NCBI GenBank assembly: GCA_038087875.1
Contig: CM075980.1
Span: 1,612,001 to 1,676,000 of the forward strand
Direction of reading: 5' to 3'
Source of the DNA: Malacoraja senta
Lineage: Eukaryota
Length of the DNA: 64,000 bases
A program made the translations under genes and the position numbers. The notes beneath the pieces are model-generated. The model searched no databases and was not told the DNA's origin. It saw nothing but the letters and a program-made list of their open reading frames with translations. This document shows positions 11,897-23,862 of the stretch, one piece after another; the first letter of the stretch is position 1; each line of letters opens with the position of its first letter.

Positions 11897-12490
11897 CAAA
11901 GATACTAGAGGAGCAAGATAGACCACTCCTCCGAAATCCAATGGAGTGACGTGTAGTACGTAACGGAACGTCACGGCCGCCATTTTTTAATGCAAAACGC
12001 GACATCTTTGATAGCAGGCACCGACTCCACAGTTATACAATCTGCGCTTACATCAGGTCGCAGGGAAGAGCAAAGATACTGGAGGCTCCTATAGTATCTT
12101 TGGGGGAAGAGGACATTTCCTCCACTCCTGAGTTGATCCAAGACTGATTCTCGGTCCCCCCGATACCAGATGAAGGCGGCCGGCACCAGGCTCTCTGTCT
12201 GGCGGGAGAGCCTCAAGCGTCGGCGCTCCCGAGTCAGCGGGCAATGTTCCTCTCGTATCTTTGGTGTAATCCGTTCCAATGATTGATCCGCTCTATCATC
12301 TTTGGTGTAATCCGTGTTGTAGGGAACAGTGTTGTATATAGCATCTATCACTTCACATATTTAGTTAATATTATTGTGAATATTACTATTATTGTAAATT
12401 GCAGTCCGGTAAAATGGCGTCAACACTCACCCATGTCATACTACGCTATTTTCGCAGAGTGGCGCATCTTGCTCTGCTCTATAATCTTTG
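11897..12490. mobile_element. Non-autonomous DNA transposon, P- or hAT-superfamily-like
   Basis: Perfect 8-bp TSD ATTTTGGC (11889-11896, 12491-12498); imperfect ~33-bp TIR CAAAGAT...GAGCAAGAT...CCACTC; inverted subterminal GCCATTTT/AAAATGGC. Confidence 0.85.
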
Positions 12491-13540
12491 ATTTTGGCTG
12501 CTTCATTTGCTCTTTTGCCATTGATCTGCTTCTGTTAATTATCTGTATAATTTATTTCCCCAGAAATATTCCTGTTCTGTCATATTCTCACTATTAACCA
12601 TCTCCCCAAGCCTTGAGCATATTTTGTTGATTCTTCCACATGAGTCAACATACTTTAGCAACGGACGCCTTCATTTGTCTTGAAGCCCTGGCTTCTGCAG
12701 TGCAGTGACTGAGTGCTACGTTTTAGTGGCATAGTCTGCCCTCTGAGCTCCTGCACAATTCTTTTAATTCTTCAGGCGGGTTTTTCCCCCACATCTGTTG
12801 TAAGACTAACCAACAGCTGCTACCTCGACTACCCCTGTTGTCTCCCTCCTTAATCTCCTTTATCCATCAGCATTCCTGGTTGCCTTATTATTTGAGACTC
12901 ATTCTCAAATGGAATTTGCTGAGTTCTTGGTAAAATGTGTTTATTTTCCTCTGGCGCCTAATGTATTTTACTACACATTATGGAACAGTTTAAAGCTCTA
13001 TTGTGTCCCAGATTACAAGAGGCTATTTATTAGATGGATGTGAGAGGATTACTGCCTCATTGTAGATTGAAAGGTGATCCATCACCATTTGTCTTCCATT
13101 TCCCCACTCGGCCTTGTCATTCTTATTATAAAGATTTCTCCTCCCGTGTTTATCAAAATTAATTTTAAGCTGATAGTATGCAATATGATCCACTTCCTTT
13201 GTGTGCTTTTAGCTTTATTATTGTCTTGTGTACTGGGATACAGTGAAAAGCTTTGTTTTGCATGCTATCCAAACAGATCGGATATACCATACGTACATAC
13301 TTGCAGTCAAGTTAAACTCAAGTATAATGGGGAGAGCAAAGGGGAAGGTGCAGAATATAGTCTCGGCATCTGTCCCACGGACAAAGTCTATGAAGTAGAA
13401 ATAAATCGGACAGTATCCCAGCTTCAAATCGAGAGTCAAGTGTTTGATTGCCATATGTCCTGTAAATGGAACAATTAAACACAACAGCAACAGCACAACA
13501 GGTCTGTAAATCTAATACTCAATAGATAATGCAATCAGGT

Positions 13541-13755
13541 TAGACACAACATGCTGGAGTAACTCAACGAGTCAGGCAGCTTCTCTGGAGAAAAAGGATG
13601 GGTGCCGTTTCGGTTCGGGATCCTTCTTCGGCCGCCGGAGTTTCCACCGGTGACAGCACTCACCGCCTCCCCGGCCGGGCCACTGACCTCACCACCATTA
13701 CTCCAGCACTTTGTCTCTCTTTGGTATAAACCAGCATCTGCAGTTCTTTGGTTCT
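13541..13755. mobile_element. PLE-terminus fold-back element with unrelated GC-rich filler (~13631-13697)
   Basis: Minus half ends GGGATCCTTCTTC, then filler, then plus half TTACTCCAGCAC...CAGCATCTGCAGTTC. Confidence 0.7.
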
Positions 13756-14661
13756 ATCAATAAACAAATTGACAATCAGCCCTGTTTTCTCTCCATAGAT
13801 ACTGGGCAGCCCTGAATATTTTTAGCATTGTGTTGTTTTCAGATTACCAGCATCAGGGATATTTTGCTTGTAGATTATTTTAATTTTTTAAGTTAAAATA
13901 GAAGCAGCACAACATTGAGATCGGCCACCAAAAGTAAATATTGAAATACTGGGTTTCGACAGCAAGGAGTGTCTAATATTGGTGAAGCTTGGTCACTCAG
14001 GACATGTGATGCAGGAGTATAAAGGCATAGGGTGAGGAGTGGGAATTCCCTGAGTTGGAGCCTGATGATCCAGAGATTACAGGGTGCTTAATGTTATGGA
14101 AGGTTGGCAATGTAGAGTGAAGTGATTTAAGAAATTTAAAACTGAGGAATTGGGCATTCTGAACCTTTTGCACACATTGTTGAAGTTCTTTGGAAGATGT
14201 TGTTCAAATTAATGATTAACACAAAAACGTGGAAGGCAGAAGCTAATTCAGATGAAGGATTAAAATAAACTTGAAAGAATGCAAATTCTGCCCACATGAT
14301 AGCAGTATATTCTAGTTTGCATGACGCATTTTAGTGTCGTTCCCCTGTAGTTTGGTGTCTTTCTCATGGCCAGCTGTCTGCAGAATACACTGGGCAGAAA
14401 GCAGACTTCCAGAAAAGCTCTATTAATAGACTTTGCTATCAATGTTGGGTCGTTCAACTGCCTGTATGTTTCCATCAATGTGAAATTTCATGTGACACAA
14501 GTTCACTTTTTTTTTTTCATGCCTGTCCTTTCATTGTTTTTAGTCGCTTCTTGCCTTGGCACTTCTGTCGAAGTTGTACTTTTCTATCTTTTAATTATTC
14601 ACCTGGTACTTAACTGTTCCTATTCTGTAACCTGTTTCTCTTCCTTTGGTTTTCTCTGCAG

Positions 14662-14722
14662 CTTGCTGATACTGCTTGAGGCTGTTGGTGTGTTTTCCAA
14701 ACCTTCCTTGCAGCTGTTGCAG
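14662..14722 (+). other. Candidate small non-coding exon just upstream of the ARVCF start exon
   Basis: Acceptor TTTCTCTTCCTTTGGTTTTCTCTGCAG|; donor CAG|GTGATT; 61 nt. Confidence 0.3.
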
Positions 14723-14894
14723 GTGATTCTCTGTCTCTAACTAGCGAAACTATTCAACACAACCTTGTGTTTTTCTTTATTAACATGATTGATCATTCCC
14801 TTGTAATTGTATAACTTTCGCTGAACTACTAATCCTCTAACCCTTAACTCTAAGGTTGCCTGATTAGCAACCAGGCCAGAACCTCTGGAAGATC

Positions 14895-15104
14895 ATGGAT
14901 GACTATGATGTAAGATCTGCTGCTAGCATTCTAGCTTCGGTTAAAGAACAGGAATCCCGGTTTGAGAAGTTGACCCGAGCGCTTGAGGAAGAGCGTCGTA
15001 ATGTTTCCATGCAGCTTGAGCGGGTCAATATTCCCTCAAACAGAGGAAGCATATCCAACATTGGCACCAGTGAGTCCTTTGCGTGGCAGCAACTAGTGTT
15101 ACAG
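14895..15104 (+). CDS. ARVCF: ARVCF (p120-catenin/delta-catenin family) first coding exon, N-terminal coiled coil, 70 codons; exon likely starts at 14855
   Basis: MDDYDVRSAASILASVKEQESRFEKLTRALEEERRNVSMQLER...AWQQLVLQ matches the ARVCF N-terminus as I recall it (MEDCNVHSAASILASVKEQEARFERLTRALEQERR...AWQQLVLQ); phase-0 donor CAG|GTAACT at 15104/15105; acceptor CTCTAAG| at 14854 with CTAAC upstream. Confidence 0.93.
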
Positions 15105-17174
15105 GTAACTCCACCTTTCACCTTGACTGGAGAAAAATTGCGTTACAATAGAGTGTCCGGTGACTTGAAACAAAAATGGTTCTTTGTGATTAAAAAATAT
15201 GGAAATGGGAAAACGCATCCAATTGGCATCACTATTGGGAGAAGACGGTTTCTGATAATGGGAATGCCAAGTAAAACATTGAGTGTGATATTACTTCACT
15301 ATAGCAGCATAATTATTGGCTCGTTATCACAAGCTAATTGTTCCTGTGAAAATAGAATCAAGATAATATATAATTTGTATTATAGTAACCACTATAATAC
15401 ATCAGGGCACGTGAATGAGTTGTTTGTCATAAATGTTTCCACTGGAATTTCGCTCTGGAGTATAAAATGATTTGGATAATAGCCTTTCATTTGTGTAAAA
15501 AAGATTTTGACTTCTGGTTTGCAAAGCTAAAACTGTTAAGGGTGGCTTTGTAGATTGTATTAAAATAATCCTCCAAAAAGATGCATTTACACTCTAAGGA
15601 CAGTGAATTTAGGTTGAAGATTTAAAACAATTTCACCCTTTCACAAAGTTTGTTGCTGTTCTCCATAATCTGATGCAGTAACTTGTAACAGCAGCGAGGC
15701 CATTCAGCCCTTCAGATCCATGCCAGCTTCTTTGGTCTCATCCTATTTCTCCCTTCTCTCTTATTTCCAGATTGCATTCACTATTTCCCATGTCCACCAA
15801 CTCTGTTGCCATTATAACCTATTAAGGGGTGATTTATAGTCAATATTGGCACACTTCAAGGTATGGGGAAAATGGCTCTTAAAATCTTAATTTTCCTTTC
15901 TCCAAATGCTCAAACTTTAAATGCTAAAAATGAGGTTGTGCCTATAATTTGTAGAAGTAATTCTGAATTACAAATATAATTTTCATTTCCATGCAGTAAA
16001 TAGTTCATTTATTTCAAGCTCAAAGTATGATGTGTGAATTGATGCTATCACCTGGATATTTTGAAAAATAGGTTTTGACCTCTATTCGAGTCGCAGCTGT
16101 GATTCCGTGGGAGAGGCATCATTCCTCAGTAGAAAGTGTGTATTACTGACTCCGTGGGTGGACAAAATCCCAATGGAGTCATAACTTTTGGTTCATCAAG
16201 GACATGAAGGATTGTGAAATCGAGGTGGATTGATGGGAAAAAAAGATGAAAATCAGATTGGGATGGGTGATAGGGCTTGAGCGATTGAACAAAGGACGTA
16301 CTTCAGTTCTGAAAATCACAAACATTACTCAGCATCAATATGTCTGGACGGACAAAGCACAAAACATTGAACTGGAATAGAACTGGCTTTGTTTATTGCA
16401 TGAACAGGAAGAAGTTTATTATTCATTTATTGAGCTGTTGAAGATTAGCCAAATCTTCTAAACCAGCGCAGCATACTGAGGCAGTAATTAGTTATGCCAC
16501 TGTTAATTTATGCACAATTCCCCAGAGAGTGAGCGAGTTTCAGGATCAATTACATTTACATTTTTTTCCCCAGAGCTGATGTTTGGATCAACATCGAGTG
16601 CAGTCTTGAGCTGAAATGGTGATGGAAATATATAATAATTATCTAAGCCTGGAATTTCAGTCAACTGAGAAGCTGATGTGGTTGGATGGGTTAAAACAAA
16701 GCTCTGGTGTTCTCTTTCGCAGGGACTTTCCTTTTTTCCAAGGACAGTTGCTGTTGGGCATCAGTTTTGGAGATTTCTTGCGTGCAGACAGTTGAATCTG
16801 AAGCCTATCAAGATTCTGGGAAATTTTCAGTTAACAAATGAGGAAATAATTTGATGTCTTAAGCATTTTACAAAATGCTAAATGAAGACTGGAACATAAG
16901 GTTAAAGTGGACCATTTAAAAAATTGCATTTGAAATAAAATTAAAGCCTGCATGTGGAATATTTATTTTTAGAAACAGTTTGCTAAGTAGTTAGTAGTTC
17001 CCTTAAAATCACATAAACACTGCAAAAAAAGCATGAAATGCAATCCAGATATTTTACAGCGAAGCTAGCTTCTAGATACTCTATTAATCATTTGATTTCA
17101 GGCAATGGTGTGAAAAGCTTCAAACCAGTGTATGCTCTGGCTGCAGAAATTGGCAACAACTTTCCATATTTAAC

Positions 17175-17910
17175 TTTGGCGGCACTGTTGCCTCACAGGG
17201 CCAGAGTTTCGGGTTCGATCCTGACCTCTGAGGTCTGTGCGAAATTTGCACATTCCATAAGTTCATAAGCCATATGAGCAGAATTTAGCCATTTGCCCCT
17301 TTGAATCTACTCTGCCATTCAATCATGGCTGATCTATTTTACCCCCTCAAACCTATTCTCTATGCTTTCACCCTATAAACCTTGACATCCTTACTCATCA
17401 AATGCCTGTCAATCTCGACTTTAAAAATACACAATGACTTAGCCTCCACAGATGTCTATGGCAATGAATTCCAAAGATCCATCACCACCTAGCTAAAGAA
17501 ATTCTTCATCTCCTTATTTAAGGTATATCCTTTTATTCTGAGGCAACGCCCTCTGGTCTTAGACTCTCTCGCTAATGAAAACATCCTCTCCACATCCACT
17601 CTATCCAGGCACTTCGTTATACGCTAATTTTCTATGAGATCCCTCCTCATCCGTGTAAACTCCAGTGAGCACTGGACCAGAGTCGTCAAATGTTCCCCCT
17701 GTGATGGCAAGGGTTTCCTCCGGGTGCTCCGGTTTCCTCCCACATCCCAAAGACGCGTGAATTTGTCAGTTAATTGGCCTCTGTAAACTGCCCCGAGTGT
17801 ATAGAGATTGTGTGAGTGAGTGGAATAACATGGCACCAGCGTCAGCTGATGATGGATGTTGGACATAGACTCATTGGGCTGAAGGGCCTGTTTCCATGCT
17901 GTATCTTTCA
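17175..17910 (+). mobile_element. HE1-like V-SINE split by a minus-strand CR1 fragment (~17257-17690)
   Basis: Head with B box GGTTCGATCC at ~17212; V-domain and tail resume at ~17690; CR1 tail in reverse between them. Confidence 0.75.
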
Positions 17911-18574
17911 ACCAATCAACTTTATTACACAGCAATCAGTCAGTGTCACGATGTAGTGGTGATCATTGATAGTCTTGTCATGATTACTGCAAAATCTGGA
18001 CTGCAGGATTTATAGCACTAGGGTGGCTCTTATGCTTCTATCGGCTTCCTCCCACCATAATTAATCTCATCCTCTCATTTTACAACTCCTGCAGGCCCAA
18101 TAACTGAATCAATTAAATTAACGGCTGCCTGTCCAGGCAGTGAACGGTACAGCCGGCTCTCGTCTGTGCAAGAGACTGCAGATACTGGAATCGGGAACAA
18201 AAAACAAACTGCTCGAGGGACTCATCACGGCGGAGTTTTGATGCAGGGCCGCGAAACGAAGCAATGGCAGTTCCTTTCCCCCAGATGCAGCTCGGCCCGC
18301 TGAGTTCCTCCAGCCGTTTGTTTTTTTGGGTTTATCATTCTGAGCAACTGGTTTGGGATTTGGTACCAAATTATGCATAATGTGCATAATAACAATGTCA
18401 GAAGCCTGGGGGTTAATTTTTGCAGAATGCAAGATAAAGCTCAAGGGAAAGCTCAGCCCACCTACCTTGATGTCTTGCAGAGGAGAAAGCCGTCAGCTTT
18501 CCATTCATTTAATCTGAAGCAGCAAGACAGGATTTAATGTTGAGGATGGAAAAAAATCACACAACAGGTGTCAC

Positions 18575-19357
18575 CGGGAAGAACTGCTGCCTCCGCACCA
18601 GAGACTCAAATTTGATCCTGACATCGCGTGCCGCCTGTTTGGAGTTTGCACGTTCTAAAGTCTAAAGTTTTAGAAAGAGGGTGGGACAATGGCGTTGTGG
18701 TAGAATTGTTGTCTTACAGTGCCAGAGACCCGGGTTTGATCCTCGTGTGTAGGATAGTGCAAGTGTACAGGGTGATCGCTGGTTAGCATGGACTCGGGGT
18801 GGCCATCGGGCCTGTTTCTCCGCTGCATCTCGTCTAAACTTCTCCCCTCCCTTCCTCCTGGTGCTCCGATTTCTCCCGCATCGCAATAACGTGTGGGCTT
18901 GTAGATTAATTTGTCTCTGTATATTGCCCCTAGTGTGCAGGGAGTGGATGCAAAAGTGGAATATCATAGAACTAGTGTGTGAATGGGTGGGCCGAAGGGG
19001 CTGTTTCAATGCTGTCTTTCAATTAATCAATGTCTGATAATGTACTACACGTGGTTTGGTTTAGTTTAGAGATACAGCCCTTTTGGCCCACCGGGTCTGC
19101 GCCGACTAGCGATCCCCGCACATCAACACTATCCTATACCCACTAGGGCCCATTTTTACATTAACCGAGCCAATTAACCTACATACCTGTACATCTTTGG
19201 AGTGTGGGGGGAAACCGAAGATCTCGGAGAAAACCCAGCAGGTCACGGGGAGAAGTACAAACTCCGTACAGACAGCACGGGTAATCAGGATCGAACACGG
19301 ATCTCCGGCGCTGCATTCACTATAAGGCAGCAACTCTACCACTGCGCCACCGTGCCA
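18575..19357. mobile_element. Cluster of nested HE1-like V-SINEs (plus copies 18575-19020; full minus copy ~19055-19357)
   Basis: Repeated A/B-box heads, V-domains and GGGCCGAAGGG tails. Confidence 0.8.
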
Positions 19358-20538
19358 CCTATTGCTAAGAATCATGAATCAACAAGAGCCAAGTGACAGC
19401 AAATAAGCTTTTTTGCTTTCATTTAAGATTCATTCAGTTCTCATTGATAAATTAGAAATTGAATGAATTGCACTGCAAGTTTTACAATTGTATACATTTA
19501 CTTTGTGCTGCAAAACCTATTGAAAGGAATTTGGTTTTGACATGTGAACTTCCTTGTTTTCCAATTCACTGTGTGCACTCTCCCTGAATGTTAATTTTTT
19601 GCTTTATGCAGTTGATATATTTATTAGTTCCATGTGGCTCATGTTTTAAAAGCATTTTAGGGCTTATTAATTTCAAATGAAAACATTTTTCAGTGTGAAA
19701 AATAATATGGTTCGTTGAGTGAAAATAGTGTTGACACCTATTAGCTGGTGAAATATTTCCTACGTCAGTTTCTGAATGATTACTCTCCTGTGAATCACTT
19801 TTGGATATTTCAATATATTAAAGCATTATTTTAATCTGTCATTGCATTTGTGTCTAATGTTTCTGTGCAGTTGAACTTGAATACACTTATGTATTGTCAT
19901 GTATAACTTGATGCAAGTCATATTAAGCACATTCTTTTGAGTTTTTGCATTGTCTGGAATGTCTTTAGTTAAGCATTGCTGCTTAGGGGTTGACAAGGCT
20001 AATTTATTAGCCAGGAAAAAAACTAGATATGTTGCTAAAATTATAAAATATATCCACATGCATAATAATATAGGTTATCTTGGAGTTGGAACTGGTGAAG
20101 AATTATGCCTCACAAATCTAAACGTACTGCTTTGCAGATGTACTTCATTTAAAATGCACATTTAACCTGATCTTGAGCTGTTCATTTTGGAATAGCATCT
20201 GAGTGTTGGTCAGTTATAGAAAGAAAATGTAAAATCTGGGATATTAGTTTCCATTAAGGTTTCAACGGTCTTTTATTGTCACGTGTACCAATTCAGGTAC
20301 AGTGATATTTGAATTACCATTAATGTTTAGAGTTGAAGTAACTATGTGGTGCACATCAAAATGATCAATTTGTTGAAAGGATAACAAGGGCACAAGCCTT
20401 GGAAGTATCTGAGGGGGTGAAGAGTGGAAATTAAGCATTGAAATTGGCCATGTTTGTTCGGCCTTAATTCCACCTGAACAATGAGTGAAATATGAATTTA
20501 TGGTCTTCGAAGATGTTAAGTTTCAAATGAAACTTAAC

Positions 20539-21005
20539 TACCGATCTACATCGGTGAGACCAAACGGAGGCTTGGCGATCGTTTCGCCGAACACCTCCGG
20601 TCGGTCCGCAATAACCAACCTGACCTCCCTGTGGCTCAGCACTTCAACTCCCCCTCCCATTCCGTATCTGACCTCTCTGTCCTGGGTCTCCTCCATGGCC
20701 ACAGCGAGCAACACCGGAAATTGGAGGAAATGCACCTCATATTCCGCTTGGGCAGTCTACATCCTGGGGGCTTGAACATTGAATTCTCCCAATTCTGCTA
20801 GCCCTTGCTGTCCCCTCCCCTTCATCAGCCCTCTGGTTGTCTCCTCCCCTCCCCCAGCCCTCGGGCTCCTCCTCCGCCTTTTTTCCTTTCTTCTCCCCAC
20901 CCCCTATCAGTCTGAAGAAGGGGTTCGGCCCGAAACGTTGCCTATTTCCTTCGCTCCATAGATGCTGCTGCACCCGCTGAGTTTCTCCAGCATTTTTGTG
21001 TACCT
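20539..21005 (+). mobile_element. Penelope-like element 3' end (GIY-YIG C-terminal part plus terminal repeat), CpG-rich and probably young
   Basis: Translation IYIGETKRRLGDRFAEHLRSVR...HFN; terminal motif GTCTGAAGAAGGGGTTCGGCCCGAAACGTTGC. Confidence 0.85.
20910..20941 (+). ncRNA. Minimal type I hammerhead-ribozyme-like motif in a PLE terminus
   Basis: GU-CUGAAGA-A-GGG(guucgg)CCC-GAAA-CG-UU-GC: core boxes, stem II, palindromic AACGUU mini-stem III. Confidence 0.55.
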
Positions 21006-22250
21006 CAGGTTCTTTGTTGGATGTAAAAAATTTCATGGACTTTCATTCCTATCACCTCGCCAACTTTATCTTTTGCTGGCACAATGAAAATAGACTGATC
21101 AGAGATGCTGCCTGACCTGCTGAGTTACTCCAGCATTTTGTGTCTCTCTTTGGTATAAACCAGCATCTGCAGATCGTTGTTTCTAAATTGATCATTCATT
21201 TCATTTCTTGAAATTTGTAATATACAATTTTATATGGTGTTTTTACCTGCTTTAGATAATTTATTGATGTGAACATCAGCTTTAAAAAAAAAAATCTCCT
21301 TTCCTGTTTTCACCTCTGCTGCCACCTCCCCGCTCTCTTAATTCCATGTTCCTGTCCAAATGTCGTGCGTTTTCCACGTGCGTTTTCTCCGGTGCCCCGG
21401 TTTCCTCCCATACTCCAAAGATGTACTGGTTTGTAGGTTAATTAGCGGTAAAATTGTAGCAGGTCCCTAATGTGTGTAGGATACTGTTAGTGTGCAGGTA
21501 TCGCTTGACAGTGTGGACTCGGTGGGTAAGGGCCTTTTTCCACACTGTATCTCTGAAGTCTAAATGTTGTTGTACCTGCCTCAGCTACGTCCTCTAGCTG
21601 TTTGTTCCAAATGCCCGCCACCCTTTGATTGAAAAAGTTGCCCCACAGGTTTCTATTAAATCTTTCCCCTCTCACCTTAAACTAATGTCCTCTGGGGGAC
21701 AAGTGGCAAGTTGAATCTGTGGTTTTGACCCTGAATAAATGTCTTGGGCTTTTCTGAGTGTTTTTGGGTTGATGAAAATCTTGCGATTGGTATTTAGCTG
21801 ATGTTCTGACCATATTTATTCATTTGGTGGAAGGGTCAAAGCGTAACCTGCAGCTCGCAAGATCTGGTCCTGCGAGGCAGCTTCACAGAACTGGGAGGAG
21901 GAGTTATCATTCTTGTTACTTTGTATGCAAGCAGTATTATGACCTGCTGGGCCTTCCAGCAGCTCTGCACCCCATTCAATGAATCAAATATAATATTAGT
22001 GTGTGAATAATATTGCCTGAGCCTGGGATCACCTGTTTGTATTGGATATTGAGACCTTGAATTGCAATTTTTGCAGTGAGTGAGAAGATTGAGTCTTCAT
22101 TTGCATGAACTTAAGGTAGTTCATGTCATCCAATCAGTTCAAGGAAATGAGCTGCTGAACCAGTTTATGCAATGGACACAAACTGAAACCAATGTTTTTC
22201 CTGAATGTGATATCTATTCTCGTGGTGGTTGTATGGTGCCATGAGATGTC

Positions 22251-22520
22251 ATGGGCGGCACGGTGGCGCAGCGGTAAAGTTGCTGCCTTGCAGTGCCAGA
22301 GACCCGGGTTTGATCCTGATTACAGGTACTGCCTTTACAGAGTTTGTACGTTCTCCCTGTGACCACGTGAGTTTTCTCCGGGTGCTCCAGTTCCCTCCCA
22401 CACTCCAAAGACGTATAGGTTTATAGGGTTAATTGGCTTCGATAAAAATGTAAATTGTCCCTAGTGTATAGGTGTATGGGGCCGAAGGGCCACGTTTCTA
22501 AGCTGTATCTCTAAAGTAAA
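22251..22520 (+). mobile_element. HE1-like V-SINE
   Basis: GGTGGCGCAGCGGT A box, GGTTTGATCC B box, V-domain, CR1-like tail. Confidence 0.85.
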
Positions 22521-23284
22521 TTAATAATAAACTAAAGGACTGCCTTGATTGATTATTTTAGTATAATATTATAATTATAGTTAATAGTTTTACAATAAGC
22601 TGTAAGTACATTAATTGGAAATGTTGAAGAGCCCTTTTTCTTTCGTCGTCAAAATTAAACACTTTGTTGCCTTTTAATTAGAAAGTTGATATCTGGGGAG
22701 GTTTGGGATTTTCTTTACCTCTGAACGTCCATTATAATTTACATTTTGACCCTCTGGGGTGGGAGGGGGGAAATGTATATCACATTGAATACAGAAGTAT
22801 TCTATCAATTTTGAACTCTGCCTTTTGAATAAATCAGAAATGTCCAAAATGGCGACCTTAAAAATCTCTCAAAATGTGACAAAGATTAAAGCAAACAAGG
22901 TAGGGTTGGAGTTTTTGATTTGGTTCTTGAGGATTTGTGTGCCTGTTAGGATAAAGTGTGGTGAATTTTTGCATCACTTTTTTAATATTTTGTAATTTGG
23001 CAATTATGGATTAAGTGGCTATCAACTTCACTGTAATGCTGATATTTGATCTTGTGTTCCAACATCAATCGTTTGAATAAAGAAATGGTGCACTTTAACA
23101 CTTCTAGTTCTGCAGGTGAACAATGTGCATTTGGAGCTCGCAACTGCTTTTAATGAGTAAATTCACAGTGATCTCCGATAGAAAGACTATTTATGGTGTG
23201 ATTTATTTTTGGTGTTCAAGTTGGCATTTCTTTATGACAGAATAACGACTACCCACCAATCAACTCCACCCCCGTACCTCCTTA

Positions 23285-23862
23285 TCTGAAGAAAGGTCTT
23301 GACCCAAAATGTTACCTATTCCTTTTCTCTAGAGATGCTATCTGACTCGCTGAGTTACTTTAGCTTTTTGTGTCTATCCACCTATCACCTGATCTCCCAG
23401 TTGCTAAACACTTTAATTCTCATTCCCATTCCCACACAGAACTTTCTGTCCTAGGTCCCCTCCATTGTCCAGAGTGGGGCTAAACACAATTTGGAGGAAC
23501 AGCATTTCATATTTTGCTTGGGCAGTTAATGGCCCAGTGGTATGAATATTGATTTCTCTCACTTCAGGTCGCCCCGGCATTCCCTCTTTCTCCCTCTCTC
23601 TCCATCCCTTCCCCGCCCAAGTCGCACCAGCTTCTTGTTTTCACCCAACAAACAGCTAACAAAGGCCTGTTTCCTTTATCATCGTTACTATTTTGCATAT
23701 CTTTTATTCATTGTTCTTTACCACTCAACATCACTGTCTATATCTCTCATTTCCCTTATCCCTAACCCGTCTGAAGAAGGGTCTCGACCCAAAACGTCAC
23801 CCATTCCTTCTCTCCAGAGATGCTGCCTGTCCTGCTGAGTTACTCCAGCTTTTTGTGTCTAT
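23285..23862 (+). mobile_element. PLE 3' fragment with a preceding tandem terminal-repeat copy
   Basis: Terminal motif at ~23286 and ~23770 flanking a GIY-YIG C-terminal remnant (PVAKHFNSHSHSH; LEEQHFIFCLG). Confidence 0.8.

Noticed and set aside
11971-12351. 126-aa minus-strand ORF as a THAP or transposase remnant
   Set aside because: No C2CH or AVPTIF motif, and it reads through the nested mini-element.
11897-12490. CRISPR-like array of ATCTTTG repeats
   Set aside because: Repeats are short, irregularly spaced and explained by transposon ends; vertebrate context with no cas genes.
14895-15104. Assignment to CTNND1, CTNND2 or PKP4
   Set aside because: These paralogues share SILASVKEQE, but the 70-codon exon ending WQQLVLQ matches ARVCF.
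15105-15470. Remainder of the 191-aa ORF after WQQLVLQ
   Set aside because: ARVCF similarity stops exactly at a GT donor; the rest is intron read-through.
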